DNA of 64,000 nucleotides, taken from Lama glama (taxonomy: Eukaryota). The position numbers and the translations under genes are program-made. Position 1 is the stretch's first letter. Every line of letters starts with the position of its first letter. The stretch spans positions 11,472,001-11,536,000 of the forward strand of contig CM052832.1 in NCBI GenBank assembly GCA_028534125.1, in the 5' to 3' direction. This document shows, in pieces, positions 49,961-62,408 of this stretch. The notes beneath the pieces are model-generated. The model was not told where the DNA came from and searched no databases. It worked only from the letters and a program-made list of their open reading frames with translations.

Positions 49961-51919
49961 CTGTTAGTCACCATGCTGTTTACTGCCCACAGCAATGATG
50001 GACCTACTTAATACATTCATAATACAAACATTCAGCCAACGGAGTGATAGTCTAAGAGGCCCTTGGCACCTGGCAGGCAGTGGGCACTTGCAGAAAATGT
50101 CTCCTTTTGATTCGTGACCCCAGGAAATCACCTCGGAGGAGTGTGCAGCTCCTGGAAGGCTGGTGGAGCTGGTCTCCTGGGCGGGACAGCACGTGTTCTC
50201 TCCAGCTAGCCTGGGATCTAGCAGTCCATGTATTCTCAACAGCGGGGCTCCCCTCGAGATGGCCTGGCCCCTTGAATGACATGCAGTTGGAGAAATGCTG
50301 CATCCAGGATCTCAAGGGGGAAATGGATTTGAGCCCCACTGTCAGGAGGAGACTCCATTCCACCCTAGTAACTTGGATTACTGGGAAGGTGGGTTTTTGG
50401 TTTCAGTCGTAACAATAATAATATCTGACTAACTACTGATTGTGTGAGAAACCTAGAACCAGGAAGCCTAAGACACGCTGACGGAGCTTGAGCTGTCCCC
50501 TGTAGGCCCCGGGACTGCGGGGTCAGGCAACCGCGCCAGGCCTGCCATCCCAACTCCAGGGACCTGGGCTGGGCTGTGAGCTGAGGCCTGCCGCGCGCCT
50601 TCTCCAACATGCAGCGAGGGCTCCCCAGGGCCCTGACACGTAGGGCCGGGCATGGGAAGGGCACCGTGGCCTCTGTTGGGAAGCCTGACACGTAGGTCAC
50701 TGATGGGGAGGTGCCCCTGAGGGTTGCCTTCTGGCCTCTTCTCTTGTTGAATGGAAACAATTAGGTGCAAAACAGCACTCAAATAATTCCAAGGGCGGTC
50801 CTGCTCTAGGGCCTGGGGAGCCATTTCCACGGCTTTGGGGCCAAGAGGGGCTCCATCCTCTCTGACCCCATCCTGACCCTGCTTCATGGCTTCAGCTGCA
50901 GACTCCTCCTTAATTCACTCTGGCCACCTCTCTGGGAGCCTTCTTCTGAAGCGTGGCGGGTGTCAGATTCAGCAGGGCCAGCTTCACCTAAGTAATTGGC
51001 AAACTTCAAACAGAAAGCACTTTGGCTGAAAGTCTAATTAAGAGCATTTGAAATACCTATTTCTTTTAAAAGCATACTAGCCCAATTAGAGAAGTGTTAC
51101 CGTCTCCCAGCTGCCACTTGGAGATCAGATGCCATGCTGCTATCCAAATACCTTAGCAGCTTGTGTGACGGGGACCCGCCGGGGCGCATGTGTCCCAGAC
51201 GACCGCGTTTCGGGAGGGACTTCTTCCTGTGGAGAGAAAGCTCCCACTGCAGCCCTCTTACAGAGCCCTTTCCTGCCTTTACCCTGCCCCTTCAGACTAG
51301 CCCTGGGGCTGTGCCGGGACCCACGGCTCTGTGAGACCAAAAACGACTCACTCAGTGTGTCTGGCTTCCTGGTGTTCTGTTCACAGTGTGGGCTCCAGTG
51401 AGGAGTGAGGCAGTGACCACACCTGCCCAGTCCATCCATCTCTGGGGTTTTTGTCTGTGTGGTAGCCCTTCCCCTCTGTGTTCTGTTCCTTTGCTTCTCC
51501 TCCTCCTCTCACCCTCCCTTTGAAGCATTCCCTTTGGTACCATTTCTTTCTTTTGCCTCCATGTTCCTAAGTTTCCATGAAAATGTAGGTGGGGTTGGTT
51601 GGTTGGGTTTGGGTTTTTTGGGGGGCAAGGAGGGTGGCAGTGGGGAGGGCAGGACTAATGAGCAGGTCTGAGCAGGAGAGGGTTTCTCAGGGATTTTGCA
51701 TAAGAAGGTGTCTCAGTATGAGTAGGCATACGCCCAAGAAAATGTGCAGAAAGGTAATCTCGTATGTCTGAGGAGCAAGGATTTACTGGTGAGGTGAGAG
51801 GTGCCATGTGGAAGAGGCGGTATATCGCTGTAGGGGGACCAGATCCAGGGACATGCAGGCGCCGGCTCGGCCCACAGCAGGACAGCGAGCGAGACCATTT
51901 CAGGAGGCTGGGGAGCCAC

Positions 51920-52246
51920 GGGCAAATAAAAGTTAAGTTATATAAGCTTACAATGAATTATACTTAAAAACAATGGTAACAAATACTTAAATTGTATCAC
52001 TTCCTTATGAATTTACCACATTTTATATTATCTCTCCCCCTGACGTTCCTTACAACTCCTGCGTCTCTCTCTTGGAAACCAGGTCTCAGGCTGTCTTCTG
52101 TGCCTCTCTTCCCAAATCCATACTCAGGGACATCACACCAGCCTCTTGCAATCAGTCAGAGGGGAAGTATTTACACCAGGGAAATTGGCAAATATGATTA
52201 TAAACTGGGGCTTTTTTCCTAGGTGTTGCGTTGACCACCACCACTG
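51920..52246 (-). mobile_element. MER63-like hAT-Blackjack element
   Basis: ggaagtatttacaccagggaaattggcaaat…ggcttttttcc…caccactg matches the MER63 terminus in reverse. Confidence 0.65.
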
Positions 52247-52297
52247 GCATACAGATAAGCAACCGTTGAAAGACCATTTCTATGCCTGTATGTGTGC

Positions 52298-52352
52298 TTT
52301 TTTTTTTTTTTTGCTTTTTTTTTTTTTCATTGAAGTGTAGTCCGTTTACAAA
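52298..52352 (-). mobile_element. Extremely truncated L1 insertion (about 25 bp of L1 terminus plus a 30-bp poly(A) tail)
   Basis: Poly-T followed by cattgaagtgtagtccgtttacaa, the same terminus as 27911-27934, with a degenerate TSD (atgtgtgcttt / gtatgtgctctt). Confidence 0.6.
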
Positions 52353-52839
52353 CGTATGTGCTCTTATGCAGACTTCCATTCCCCTTCCTGGCTGAAAATC
52401 CAGATTACATGCAGCAGGCTCTCTCTTAATTCACTGCCTACCTGAGGAAGCTCTGTCTTTTTGAAAGTCAATGAACAGAGAAACCAACAGAGACAGAGTG
52501 ATGCAGAAGAAGCACTGGGCCCAGTAGGCCCCCTCGATGTGACAGCCAGAGTGGGCAGGGGTGGGGGGTCCTTTAAGAAAAACATCAGTGACCAGTCCTA
52601 AGAATATCATCAAGAAATAAAAGTGGCTGGTGGACTTAGAGTAGGGCTTAACCCCACACACTGTTTCAGGCAACAACGAAACGATATTATTTCTCAATCA
52701 GGAATCATTTGGAGATGGTTCTAATTGAACTAGATCCAGCTAGCTGAGTTGAGAGTGCTTTGCTGAATTCAGTTCTGGGTTTTTCCCTCTTTATTGTACT
52801 GGCTACCCTAAATAGTAAAGTGCTGTTGGTAATACAGAT

Positions 52840-53010
52840 GGGACCAACCAGCAAATGTTGCTTGAGTACCTCACCGTGTGCCAGGCATGATTCTAAGCTC
52901 TTTACGTGTGTTTTCTTCTTTAATGCTCTTGAAATCCCCTTTTGGGAGAGACTACTAGTACCCTGACTTTACATTTAATGCCCAGAGGGATTACGTGACC
53001 TACCCACCTT
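52840..53010 (-). repeat. MIR fragment
   Basis: ttgagtacctcaccgtgtgccaggcatgattctaagctctttacgtg. Confidence 0.65.
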
Positions 53011-54246
53011 TGTCCCACTAAGGCTGCAGACGCAGACGCAGCTCCTAGCCCGTGCTATAGCTGCTTCCCTGTACTGCCCTCCGCCCCGGGCTCAGGGCCC
53101 ATGGAGGGACAGGGAGCCAGTGCCTGCCCTCAGAGGGAACGTAGCCCAAGGGGATGTATACATTAAAAAGCTAACTCTTTAAGTTCAGGTTTAGGCACAT
53201 ATATTACTCTATCCACTGTCTTCTTCCCGCCAAGCCCCAAACCAAGTCAACCTTGACGTCTCCCATGAGGCCTGGCTTACCCCCTCCTCCCCAGCCTGAT
53301 TTGTTCTCCGCCTCACACACCTCTGTTGAAGCACCAACCCTGTTTGGTAATTATTGCTTTCCATAGTTCTTCTCCACACTAAGATGTGAGCTCCTGGAAA
53401 GCTGGGCGCCGCCAAATTCATCTCTGTACCCCGAGCAGCCAGCACGGGCAGTAAACAGGCTAAATCCATGCTTCCCCCGATGATTCCCAGACTCACACAT
53501 CTTGCAAAAGTGTGATGAGACATTTGCACATAAAATAAAATAAGTCCATTTAAAAGAAGTGGAAGCAGTAAGTGCCTTCGGACCCCACAGCGGAGCAGAT
53601 TACTGGCAATAAATCTGACTGTTTCTCATCTAGCCACTAGGCAGAAAGAGGAGCGCCCAGAGTTACACGGTTTTCATTTTCTGACAACAGGAAGCATAGT
53701 CATTAATTTATCTGCAGAAATAGAATTTCTTCTGGAACAAAACACAAACCAGAATTTATTGCGAGGACCTTCATATAAAGGACACGGAGTGACGTAGTGA
53801 AGGATGTTGTCAACTGCAGTTTTACAAAAGATGCGAAATGTTGCTCAACAAGATGATTCTCATATCCACCGTCTGCAGGAGTGAGAGGCCTGGCACCAAG
53901 CACGAGTCATTGAAAGTGTTTCTGTGCGTGGACGAAGCCATGTGCTCCGCATTGAAACCAGGGGAAGGCGCCCCAGGAACATGGGCTTTGCCCCTTCTCT
54001 GGTGTCTCTTCTGAGCAACGTTTGACCAGGGGCAGGCTCTCCTTCAGCTCACAGCCAAAATTCTACCAAGTACCCATGATTAAAATTCAAAAGGCATGTG
54101 GCAGGTGAGAGGGACAGGCCATCAGAGCTTCAGGAAGTTAACAGAGAGAGTGGCCCCTGGGGGTTGTCACCAAGGCCATGGGCTTGAGCTGGAAGACCGG
54201 GCAGGATTCAGAACCTCTGGGAAGAAGGTGGGGATGGAGGGAATTT

Positions 54247-54402
54247 GTGTGTGTGTGTGTGATATGTAAGTATATGTATGTGGGGAATGTGTGTGTATGT
54301 GGTGTGTGTGTGCTATGTGTGGTGTGTGTTTATGTACAGAGTGTGTGTATGTGGGGGTTATGTGTGTGTGTGTGTGTGTGGTGTGTGTTGGGTTTTGTGT
54401 GT
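54247..54402. repeat. Degenerate (TG)n low-complexity tract
   Basis: Read directly from the sequence. Confidence 0.9.
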
Positions 54403-57282
54403 AGAGGAGCAGGGGGAGGGTGACTTTCCTGAGGAGTTGATTTGAAGTAGTTGAGGGAGAGGTTAAAATGGTGAGGTGAGCCCGTTCCCTGAGAGCCTTG
54501 AATCTGATCATTCATCTCATAGGCAGCTGAGCCACTGCACATTTTTGAGCAGGGAAATCTTGGTCAAAGAGGCCTTGTAGGAAGAGAAAGCCCCAGGCAG
54601 TCACTGGATTCCTCAGCATTTGCTGAATGACTGATGAGTAAATAGTCAGCAGCGCCCTGGGGGTCCCCCCTGCCCCAAGCCTTCTCTTGGCCCCATGCTG
54701 GCCGGAGGCCTCCAGCCATCTCTGAATGAGCTGCTGCAGACACTGCCCAGCGAGACCTGAGGGCCTGGCCCCTCGCAGGTGGATTACTTTATTCTGATGG
54801 AGGTGGGAGGTCACCGCCTCGAGGAGCTCGCAGTTGCGCCCGACGCAGGCTGTCCACGTTGGATGACACATCTTTCTCTGCGTTTCTCCCTTGACCCAAC
54901 TTCTGTGAAAACATAACCTACCAGAATATTCCACTGCCTCTACTTGTAGGCGTGTTTTTCACACACTGTTCAGATGAGAGCAATAATAATAATGATTAAT
55001 AAATCAAAAGCAAAAATCCAAGAACATGACATTGGCAGGTTCCAAATGGCATCTGAGATTCCCCTGCAAATACCAGCCTCCTCCTCCCCCATCCTCCCTC
55101 ACCACCCAGGAGCAAAGATCCCTGGAACAGAAGCAGCCCCTGGGAGCAGCCGTTGTGGCTGCACTGCCCCGTGGGGCCCTCAGGTGTGGTGTGCCCCCTC
55201 GACCTGAAAACCAGGCAGTGGCAGCGCTGAAGCCCAGCAGGGGCCTCGGGGAGGGTTGGGAGAAGTCCTGAGCCCAAAGGCTCCCTTTTCACCTCGTTGT
55301 TCCAGCTTGAAGTGCTCCAGGGAGCATTTCCTCCCAAACAGAATTCCTGCAGCGACCTCTTGTGGCACCCCTGCTGTTCTCCAAGAGAAGCCTCTGCTGT
55401 TGTCACTTCTCCCATTTGGTATAAAATTGTTTAAGACCAAGTCTTGAAATACTTTCTGGAATTCTGCACCTGGGGACCACAAATTTGAGAGAAAGCGAAA
55501 GGCTGGACTGTCATTCACTTATTCACCAGATTTCACTGAGCACCTATAATGACTCAGAAAGCATGTGGGACCAGGAATTCCAGGATGTGGAGAGGAGCCG
55601 CTGCTTAAGACGGACCTGGAGGGGACCTCCCGGCATCATGCAGCCCAGTGGTGTTCGGAATGGGCTCTGTGGGACCCCGTGTTCTGCACAGCCACTATGG
55701 GACTCCAAGGTGAGGGTGAGGGAGGCCAGTGTGCAAGCAGCAAGACCCCAGGATGTTCCCCTGATTCAACCAAAGCTGTTCCTCCGCTTGCCATTAAGCC
55801 TTTGTTTGAAGAAAGGGTTCTGCAGTTCTCAATACGTTTTCCTCCCTTTGGAACTGGTGGCTCTTTTTAAGACATTTCCAAAGTCAGACAGTCCCAGCTT
55901 CCCTTCCCCAGAGCCGTCTCAGTTTTCCTTGGGCTCACACAGAACTCTGCATACACTTCTCTATTCTGTCTTTTATCCATCCTCCCAACCCCGGGCACCG
56001 GGCCTGGCACATTCTACGTCCTCCATAAGTGTTTGTTGAATAGATCAATGATATCTAAGACATCAGATTTTTGCCTTAAAGATTCACCAGCTAAGGGCTC
56101 TGTACCTTGGTTCCAACATCTGTACAATGGGTTGGTTGGACCAAATGATATCCTGTGCCCAGCACAGTCCCTAAGACTTAGCTGGCGTCTACTGATGCCT
56201 CATTGAATAAAAAAAATGAATCTAAGATTCCTTAGCCCTCAAGTGCTGTGACTTTACCTCTCTGTGAATGCAAAGTTCCTTAGGACGTACAGAAAACTCT
56301 CACAGCCTTGGTGAGGAGGTATGTCAGGGTTCGGATGGATTTGAGATGTTTTCATTCTCTCTGAAATGAATGATCAGAATGCTGACCCCTTGGGGTGAGG
56401 CAGAAAGCAAAGGGAGCAGCTGCCCCAGAGGCTGAAGTGGCCTCTCAGTTGGTTCCAAAAGGACTCAGGTGGCTCTATAAGACCAGTGACAATGTCTCAC
56501 TACCTGGGTCGGTTCTAATCCATAGGTGCTTGTGAATATAGGGCCAGCTTCAGTGATACGAGGTCCTCAGCCGAATTTCCAGGCTCAGGACGGAAGCTGG
56601 GAGTGAGAAGGAGTCCCCGCCCCGTTTCCCCGCCCAGCTCCCAAGTGCCAGGGCTCCAGACCCTTTGAGTAGTTCCAGACTCCTTCGGCTGCCCTTCTGG
56701 GGAACGGAAGTAAGCTCTGGGCATCAGCCTTGGGCCCAGTCTTGAAATGCACCCAGGTTTAGTGAAAAGAGCACTCCCTGTAGAGGCAGAACCCCGCTTG
56801 ATCGCATCTCTCCCATTTGCCGGTCATGTGACGTTGGTCCGTTAACCTTCCTGCAGCTGTTTCCTTGTCCACAAGAGAAGAACGTCCACTCCCTAGGGCT
56901 GATTGCAGTGCTGCAACAGGTTGTATGTGATGGAGCCAAGGACAAAGCAGATGCTCAATGAATAGATAGACTCTGACTCTGGGAGCCAGGAAACCAAATA
57001 TGCCAAATGCCTGGGCAGGGGGCACAGCCCCCAGTCACAGGTGGCATAACTGGTGGAGGTCACCATGGTCCCACAGTCACATCTTTCTACCCATGTTTGC
57101 TCACAGCCCTTATTAATCACTCTTTCTTGCAAAACACGGTCAAGCCCCAGGAATGGGCTGTCTATTCCTTTGAGCACTTAGTCACTGATGATCCTATTGC
57201 CAGTCACCAGAGCCGTTTTTTCCATCGTGCAAATGTATAGGAACCGTGTATGCTACTCTGACTGAATTAGGCATTTGACCAA

Positions 57283-57637
57283 TGTCTTCGTCAGGTGGGG
57301 CTGCTATAACAAATTACCATAGACTGGGTGGCTGATGGACTACAGAAATTTATTCTGCCAGTTCTGGAGGCTGGAAGCCTGAGACCAGGGTGCCAGCATG
57401 GTCAGGTTGTAGTGAGGCTCTCTTCGGGGTGCAGACTGCCAGCTTCTCCCTGCATCCTCACACGGTGGAAAGAGTGAGCTAGCTCACTGGCCTTTCACTA
57501 TAAATGCTCGAATCCCATTCAGTAGGGCTCCACCCTCATGACCGAATTACCTCCGGCAGGCCCCACCTGCAGATACCATCACATTAGTGATTCGATTTCA
57601 GCATGTGAATTTTAGGGGACACATGCAGTCTGTAACA
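57283..57637 (-). mobile_element. MLT1A-type MaLR solo LTR
   Basis: ggctgctataacaaattaccatagactgggtggct…cagttctggaggctggaag…ccaccctcatgacc…gaattttaggggacacatgcagtctgtaaca. Confidence 0.9.
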
Positions 57638-58119
57638 ATTCTAGACAAGACAAAATTCCAACCTCTGGATGTCAACTGCTAGACCAAGATGAATCATGGC
57701 TGGCTCCTCCATCCGTCCTCTCTCTCCCTTTTACATGAGAAAATCACCCCTGGTGCTTGGCCAGTCTCAGCCCAGGAAAGGTCTTGGGGCTTTGTAGGAC
57801 TGATCCTGTTGTGCTTGTAATGGAGCTGGGTAAGACCCTCCCATTTCCCTAAAGAACAGATAATGAATTTGGAGAAGACCTTCTGACAGGAAGCTAGGGT
57901 CGTGTGTGCTCAGAGACAGATGATGGGTCCTGTGTGTTCCAAACAACCAACAAAAACCAACAAAAGTGGTGCTTCGAAAATACTATTGTCTGTTCAGGAA
58001 ACCATGAGGGCACTGTTGTACAGGGGACACGCAGAGAGCAGAGCAGTGTGATTTCCACCACATGAAAAAAAGGAAAAGAGAAGCAGAGAGAAGTGAGTTG
58101 TGTAGGTAGATAGCACAGC

Positions 58120-58216
58120 ATACCCACACACACACACACACAATACACCACACACAACACACCATGCACACACACACACGCCACATACACAACACACACA
58201 CACACACACACACACA
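58120..58216. repeat. Degenerate (CA)n tract
   Basis: Read directly from the sequence. Confidence 0.9.
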
Positions 58217-60409
58217 TTCCCAAGGATTCTTACCGAGCTTTCTGAGCGGTCTCCTTCAAGCCCTCTCCCTACCTTGGACCTCTGCACACATCACCCCCAG
58301 GGAAGAGGATGAGGTGGACTGAAGGCAAACTGCTAATTCTCTTTAAAGAAATTCTCCTCAGAGACTTGTTTTGGCCCTTTTCTAACGTTGATGTGGGTAT
58401 TTTGGTTGTCCGGCTGCTCTTGCCATCTTACTTTGAAAATGTGCCATTTCTACTGTGTGGTCTGTCTCCGAACTCATTTTTGACTCTGATATGTAATAAA
58501 TTTTGCCAAATGAACAGATTGGTTTACAAATTGGGTAGTAGCAGACAAGTTTTCCAAAAGTGGAGGGAGAGAGTTTTATTAAGGATTCTCAATTCAACTT
58601 CTGAAAGTCCTCAAATTTCTCTTATAAGCCACTCAAGAGAATCAACCAAACCCCCTTAACCATCATCATTAGAGGTTTTCACGGGAGGAAGGCCCGTGCT
58701 CTCCCTTACAGGCCTGGGGAAGACTGCCCTCCCCAGAAGGTCATATGTGTCCCGAGAACACTCCAGACTCACGAGTCTGGTGTGACAAAGATGTGACTGG
58801 GTTTTTCAGGGATGCCAAACTTCCTGCTAATGTCTTTCTGAAAAGTCACTGAGATTAAGACATGTGGTCACCACCGGTCAGTGAGGCTAAAGTGACAGAG
58901 GGTAGAATTGCCAAGGGGCTCGGTCTTTGAGAGAAACCCCGAGATCAGAAATGTAAGCATACTTCTGAGGAGTGAGGAGGCCTTAGTGGACTGGGAAGCA
59001 GGGAGTTGGGGGTAGGCACCAGGAGCCTCGGAAAGAGTAGCTGCAACCAGGGAATGCTGTTGGAAGCCAAAAATGCAGCTGGGGTCCCAGCAGAAGGAAC
59101 TGTAGAGAGATGGGAGAAGGAAAGAGCAGAGGTGACTGTGGATGGGAAGCAAGTAAGGAGACTAGAAGTGAATATAGTGTGCTCCTGAGGTCTCCCTTGT
59201 ATTGCTTGCAAGTCCACACTGACCCTCTGTGTGGTCCACGCCCTCTGCCGGGAACACAGTGCGGGAAAAGCAAATGCGGGATGAAAGAGGCCAGCATCCT
59301 GGGGCATGAGCATAGGCAGAGCAGCCCCCAGTGGCAGCAGACGAGGTTACTCGGGCAGGAAGAGACGTGGCCGGCCTTCTATTAGCAGAGTCCAGGCCTG
59401 TATTTTGCTCCAAACAGGCATATGGAAGATTTTGATTGTACTAAAGCGCGGCCATCTGTGCTCTGGGAGGCACCCCGTTCTCGCCGTGGCTGTGGTGTGA
59501 GTGTGCCCGAGAAATTATCAGCCACAGCCATGTGTCCGCAGGGCATTCATCATGCCCTGAAGTCTGAGCCTGCCCTGGGCAGCAGTGGTGGTACACGAAA
59601 TCAACACCAAGACGGATGGTGGCACCGGCGCCCGTCAGTGTGTGATTACTCCAGCTGGCAGTAAATTTGAGCCATTAGACAGGAAATGATCTGATTGGGG
59701 AGCCAGAATCTTTGCATCTAGGCTGCTGACCATTGTGGTAATTGAGCTACTGACATCATCAGTCTTCAGAAGAATAGACACTACGACTTCTGAAACCAGG
59801 TGAGGCTGAGTGACTTGGGTTCTGTGGGACAGTTTAGCCCAAGGAGGCCCAGAGTGGGTGTTCAGGAAGTGAATCCTTAGCTGGATAGCTGAGGCCACCC
59901 GCTGGAATGCCTCCGTGGCTCTGCTGTCTTGTCTGCCACAGGACAGCCATGTGACACTCGGCCTCCTCCCACACGTGGCACCGGCCTTCACTCTACAGAA
60001 GCCCATGGGGCCCCTTTTGGCTGACGCCTGGTTGGAAACTTCAACACTGCCTCCCTTCAGACTCCTGGCACACAGTTAAGGAGACAGGCAGGCTGGCTCT
60101 GAGGGTTCTGGAGGCTGAACTTGGAGAGGGGCAGACTCCAGTGGGTAGTATTGAAATCCTCACACCCAGGGGCCAGCTGCAAATGCCAAGTGGGCTCAGG
60201 GTGCCAGCGGTGGTTTTAGTGAGTAAAGGGCAGTCTGCCTAGGCCAGCCCTTGGGAGAGACTGAGGCTGTCCATCAGCCCCAGCCCCACAGCTGAAAAGC
60301 ATTCATGGAAAAGAGTATCACCTTCAAATACCAAGGACAAGTCGATACTGACTTCAGTGATCTGCCCCGTGGCTTCCCTCATTATGGGAATCACTGACAG
60401 AGGGAAAAA

Positions 60410-60560
60410 GTACCAGCTTTGAAGTCAGACGGAGCTGGATCCTGACTCTAGCTCTTTTTACCAGTGGTGTGACCCCAGGCAGGTTACTTCCCCCATCAGA
60501 ACTCAGTTTCCCTGCCTACAGTGGGGGTTGTGAGGATTATGTAAGAGCGATGGAGTGGCT
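60410..60560 (+). repeat. MIR fragment
   Basis: gctttgaagtcagac…gtgtgaccccaggcaggttactt…ctcagtttccctgcct. Confidence 0.7.
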
Positions 60561-60806
60561 ACATGGTGGATATCATTCCTGCAAGGGCCAAGTGCAGGCA
60601 GCTCCAGCCGTACAGAGAGTGTGTCTTCCTGAATGCAAACCCCTGAGTCCCTTTTCCCGCTGTGGCTTCCAAAGATCTGGAAGGCGGGCAGGGGGCAAAG
60701 GGCCATGCCAGGACCCATATAGCATCCTTTCTGAACCCCTGCAGGTCCCCCATCCTCAGAGACTCCTGTGAGGAGTACTTGCATTGAAACTGAGCTCAGA
60801 GCCTGG

Positions 60807-60955
60807 AGTGTTTCTTGACAAGGCGTGAGCATTGGAATCAAGGGGACCCTACTGCCAACTTCTAACTCAGTACATCCAGAGTAGGGTCCAGCGGTCTCCA
60901 TGCTTTTACAAGCTCCTTAGGTGATTCTCATGGGCACTTCAGCAGAGAGCCACTG
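60807..60955. mobile_element. MER5-type hAT MITE
   Basis: ttctaactcagtacatccagagtagggtccag…ttttacaagctccttaggtgattct…gagagccactg. Confidence 0.55.
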
Positions 60956-61994
60956 AATGAAAGAAAGGAAATTCTGCACATTTCAAACACTCACTGGCTG
61001 TGGTGGGGGGAGGGGGGGAGAGAGTGTGTGTGTGTGTGTGTATGTGTGTATGTAGGGTATGGGGAGATGGGAAGAGTTACAGCCATCTTTCCAGTGTCCC
61101 TGAAATCATGCCAGGTATCAGGGGGCCCACAGGAGTGGCCTTCCCAGCAAGTGCCCTTGTTGTCTTTGTGCTGCTGGTTCCCAAATGCCTGGCACTTCAG
61201 AGTAGGGTCAGCCTGGGATTGTGCATGGCCTGCTTGAAGTTTCAGTTACTCTTTGACTGCTCAGAGCTTTGCGCATGTGTGACATTCAGATCTAGGGCCT
61301 GGAATGAAGCCCTTTTTTGCTTCTGTATTGTTCTGGAGCTGGCTGCCTGCACACTGTGACCTCATAGACCACTCAGGGCTGTGACCTCCTGTGCTCCAGT
61401 CCCAGCCAGAATCCTGTGCTTAAAAGGAGGGTTCCCTGTGTCTCCTGTCAGGTGACTAGAAGTTGTGTCCCTGGCCACAGTCCCAGTGAGCACGGAGACG
61501 TACAAAGCCCAAATGCCCTTTAGTTCTTCCCTCTGCCTCTGTTCCTGCCCAGCCGCTATTGTTTGGTTCCCTTTGGGTTCCCAGCCCCTCTGTCTCTTGA
61601 GAGAGGACGGATAACCCGAGCCTCAGGAAGTAGCAGAAGCAGCCAGGGGCTGTCTCCTGGTGGCCTCACGATACATTTCACAAAGCAAAGATCACTTTGC
61701 CAAGAGGCCCCTTTGGTTGTCATGGCAACGTGGATAGCTTGTGTCTGGGGGGATGCTGGCCATCCTCCTGGCTGCCCCAGTTCCCTGGTCCCAGCTTTCT
61801 TTCCCAGATCCTTTCCACAGGCCCCCACCGTGCTGGCGCCACCTCACACAAACTGCTCTTCAGTGTGGAGCAGCTTTGTCTTGACCAGCAAAACAACTAC
61901 TTGGCTTTGCTATCAAAGGAGTCAGTCACGCCGTCCCTCTCCTCTAAACCCTCCAGCTTCTCAGTTCTCTCAAGGCCAGGCCCTCTAGGTCGCA

Positions 61995-62408
61995 CATAAC
62001 CTGGCCTCAGTTTCCTCACTGGCCTCATCTCCCACCGTTCTTTCCCTTACCAACTGCCCCAGGCACACTGACCCCTCCTCATCACTCTTCCTCAGACATG
62101 CCAGGGAGGCACACCTCAGGCCCTTTGCACTCGCTGTTGTACTCTCTGCCCTGAGTTCCCATGCTGGTTCTCTCCCTTTACTGAGGTCTCTACTCACACA
62201 TCCCCTGGTCAGAGAGGCCCCCCCGATCACCCTACCTAACATGGCAGCCCTTCTCCCTTCACCGAGCTTTCCCTCTCCTTCAACCCCTGGCATCGTATCA
62301 TAGACTCGATTTTCTGTTGGCTTAATATTCACCTTCCCCAGGAGACTGCCCCAGAAGGCGCCACCCAGAGTCCACACTCATAAATATTTGTTACCCAAGT
62401 GGATGAAT
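61995..62408 (+). repeat. L2a LINE 3' fragment, followed by a MIR fragment (about 62410-62570)
   Basis: cacctcaggccctttgcactcgctgtt…aggtctctactcacacatcccctggtcagagaggcc…actcataaatatttgtt. Confidence 0.75.

Noticed and set aside
54512..54934. Minus-strand 140-aa ORF containing LLEAVTSHLHQNKVIHLR, reminiscent of a kinase subdomain VI motif
   Set aside because: It lacks HRD/DLK, DFG and every other kinase motif, and has no clear exon structure; most likely coincidence.
55485..56039. 184-aa ORF, and similar long ORFs at 8564-9082 and 46005-46544
   Set aside because: No recognisable domain, non-ATG starts and composition typical of chance intronic ORFs.
59220..59640. CpG-enriched stretch as a CpG-island promoter
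   Set aside because: By eye it is too short and too sparse in CpG, with no supporting first-exon structure.
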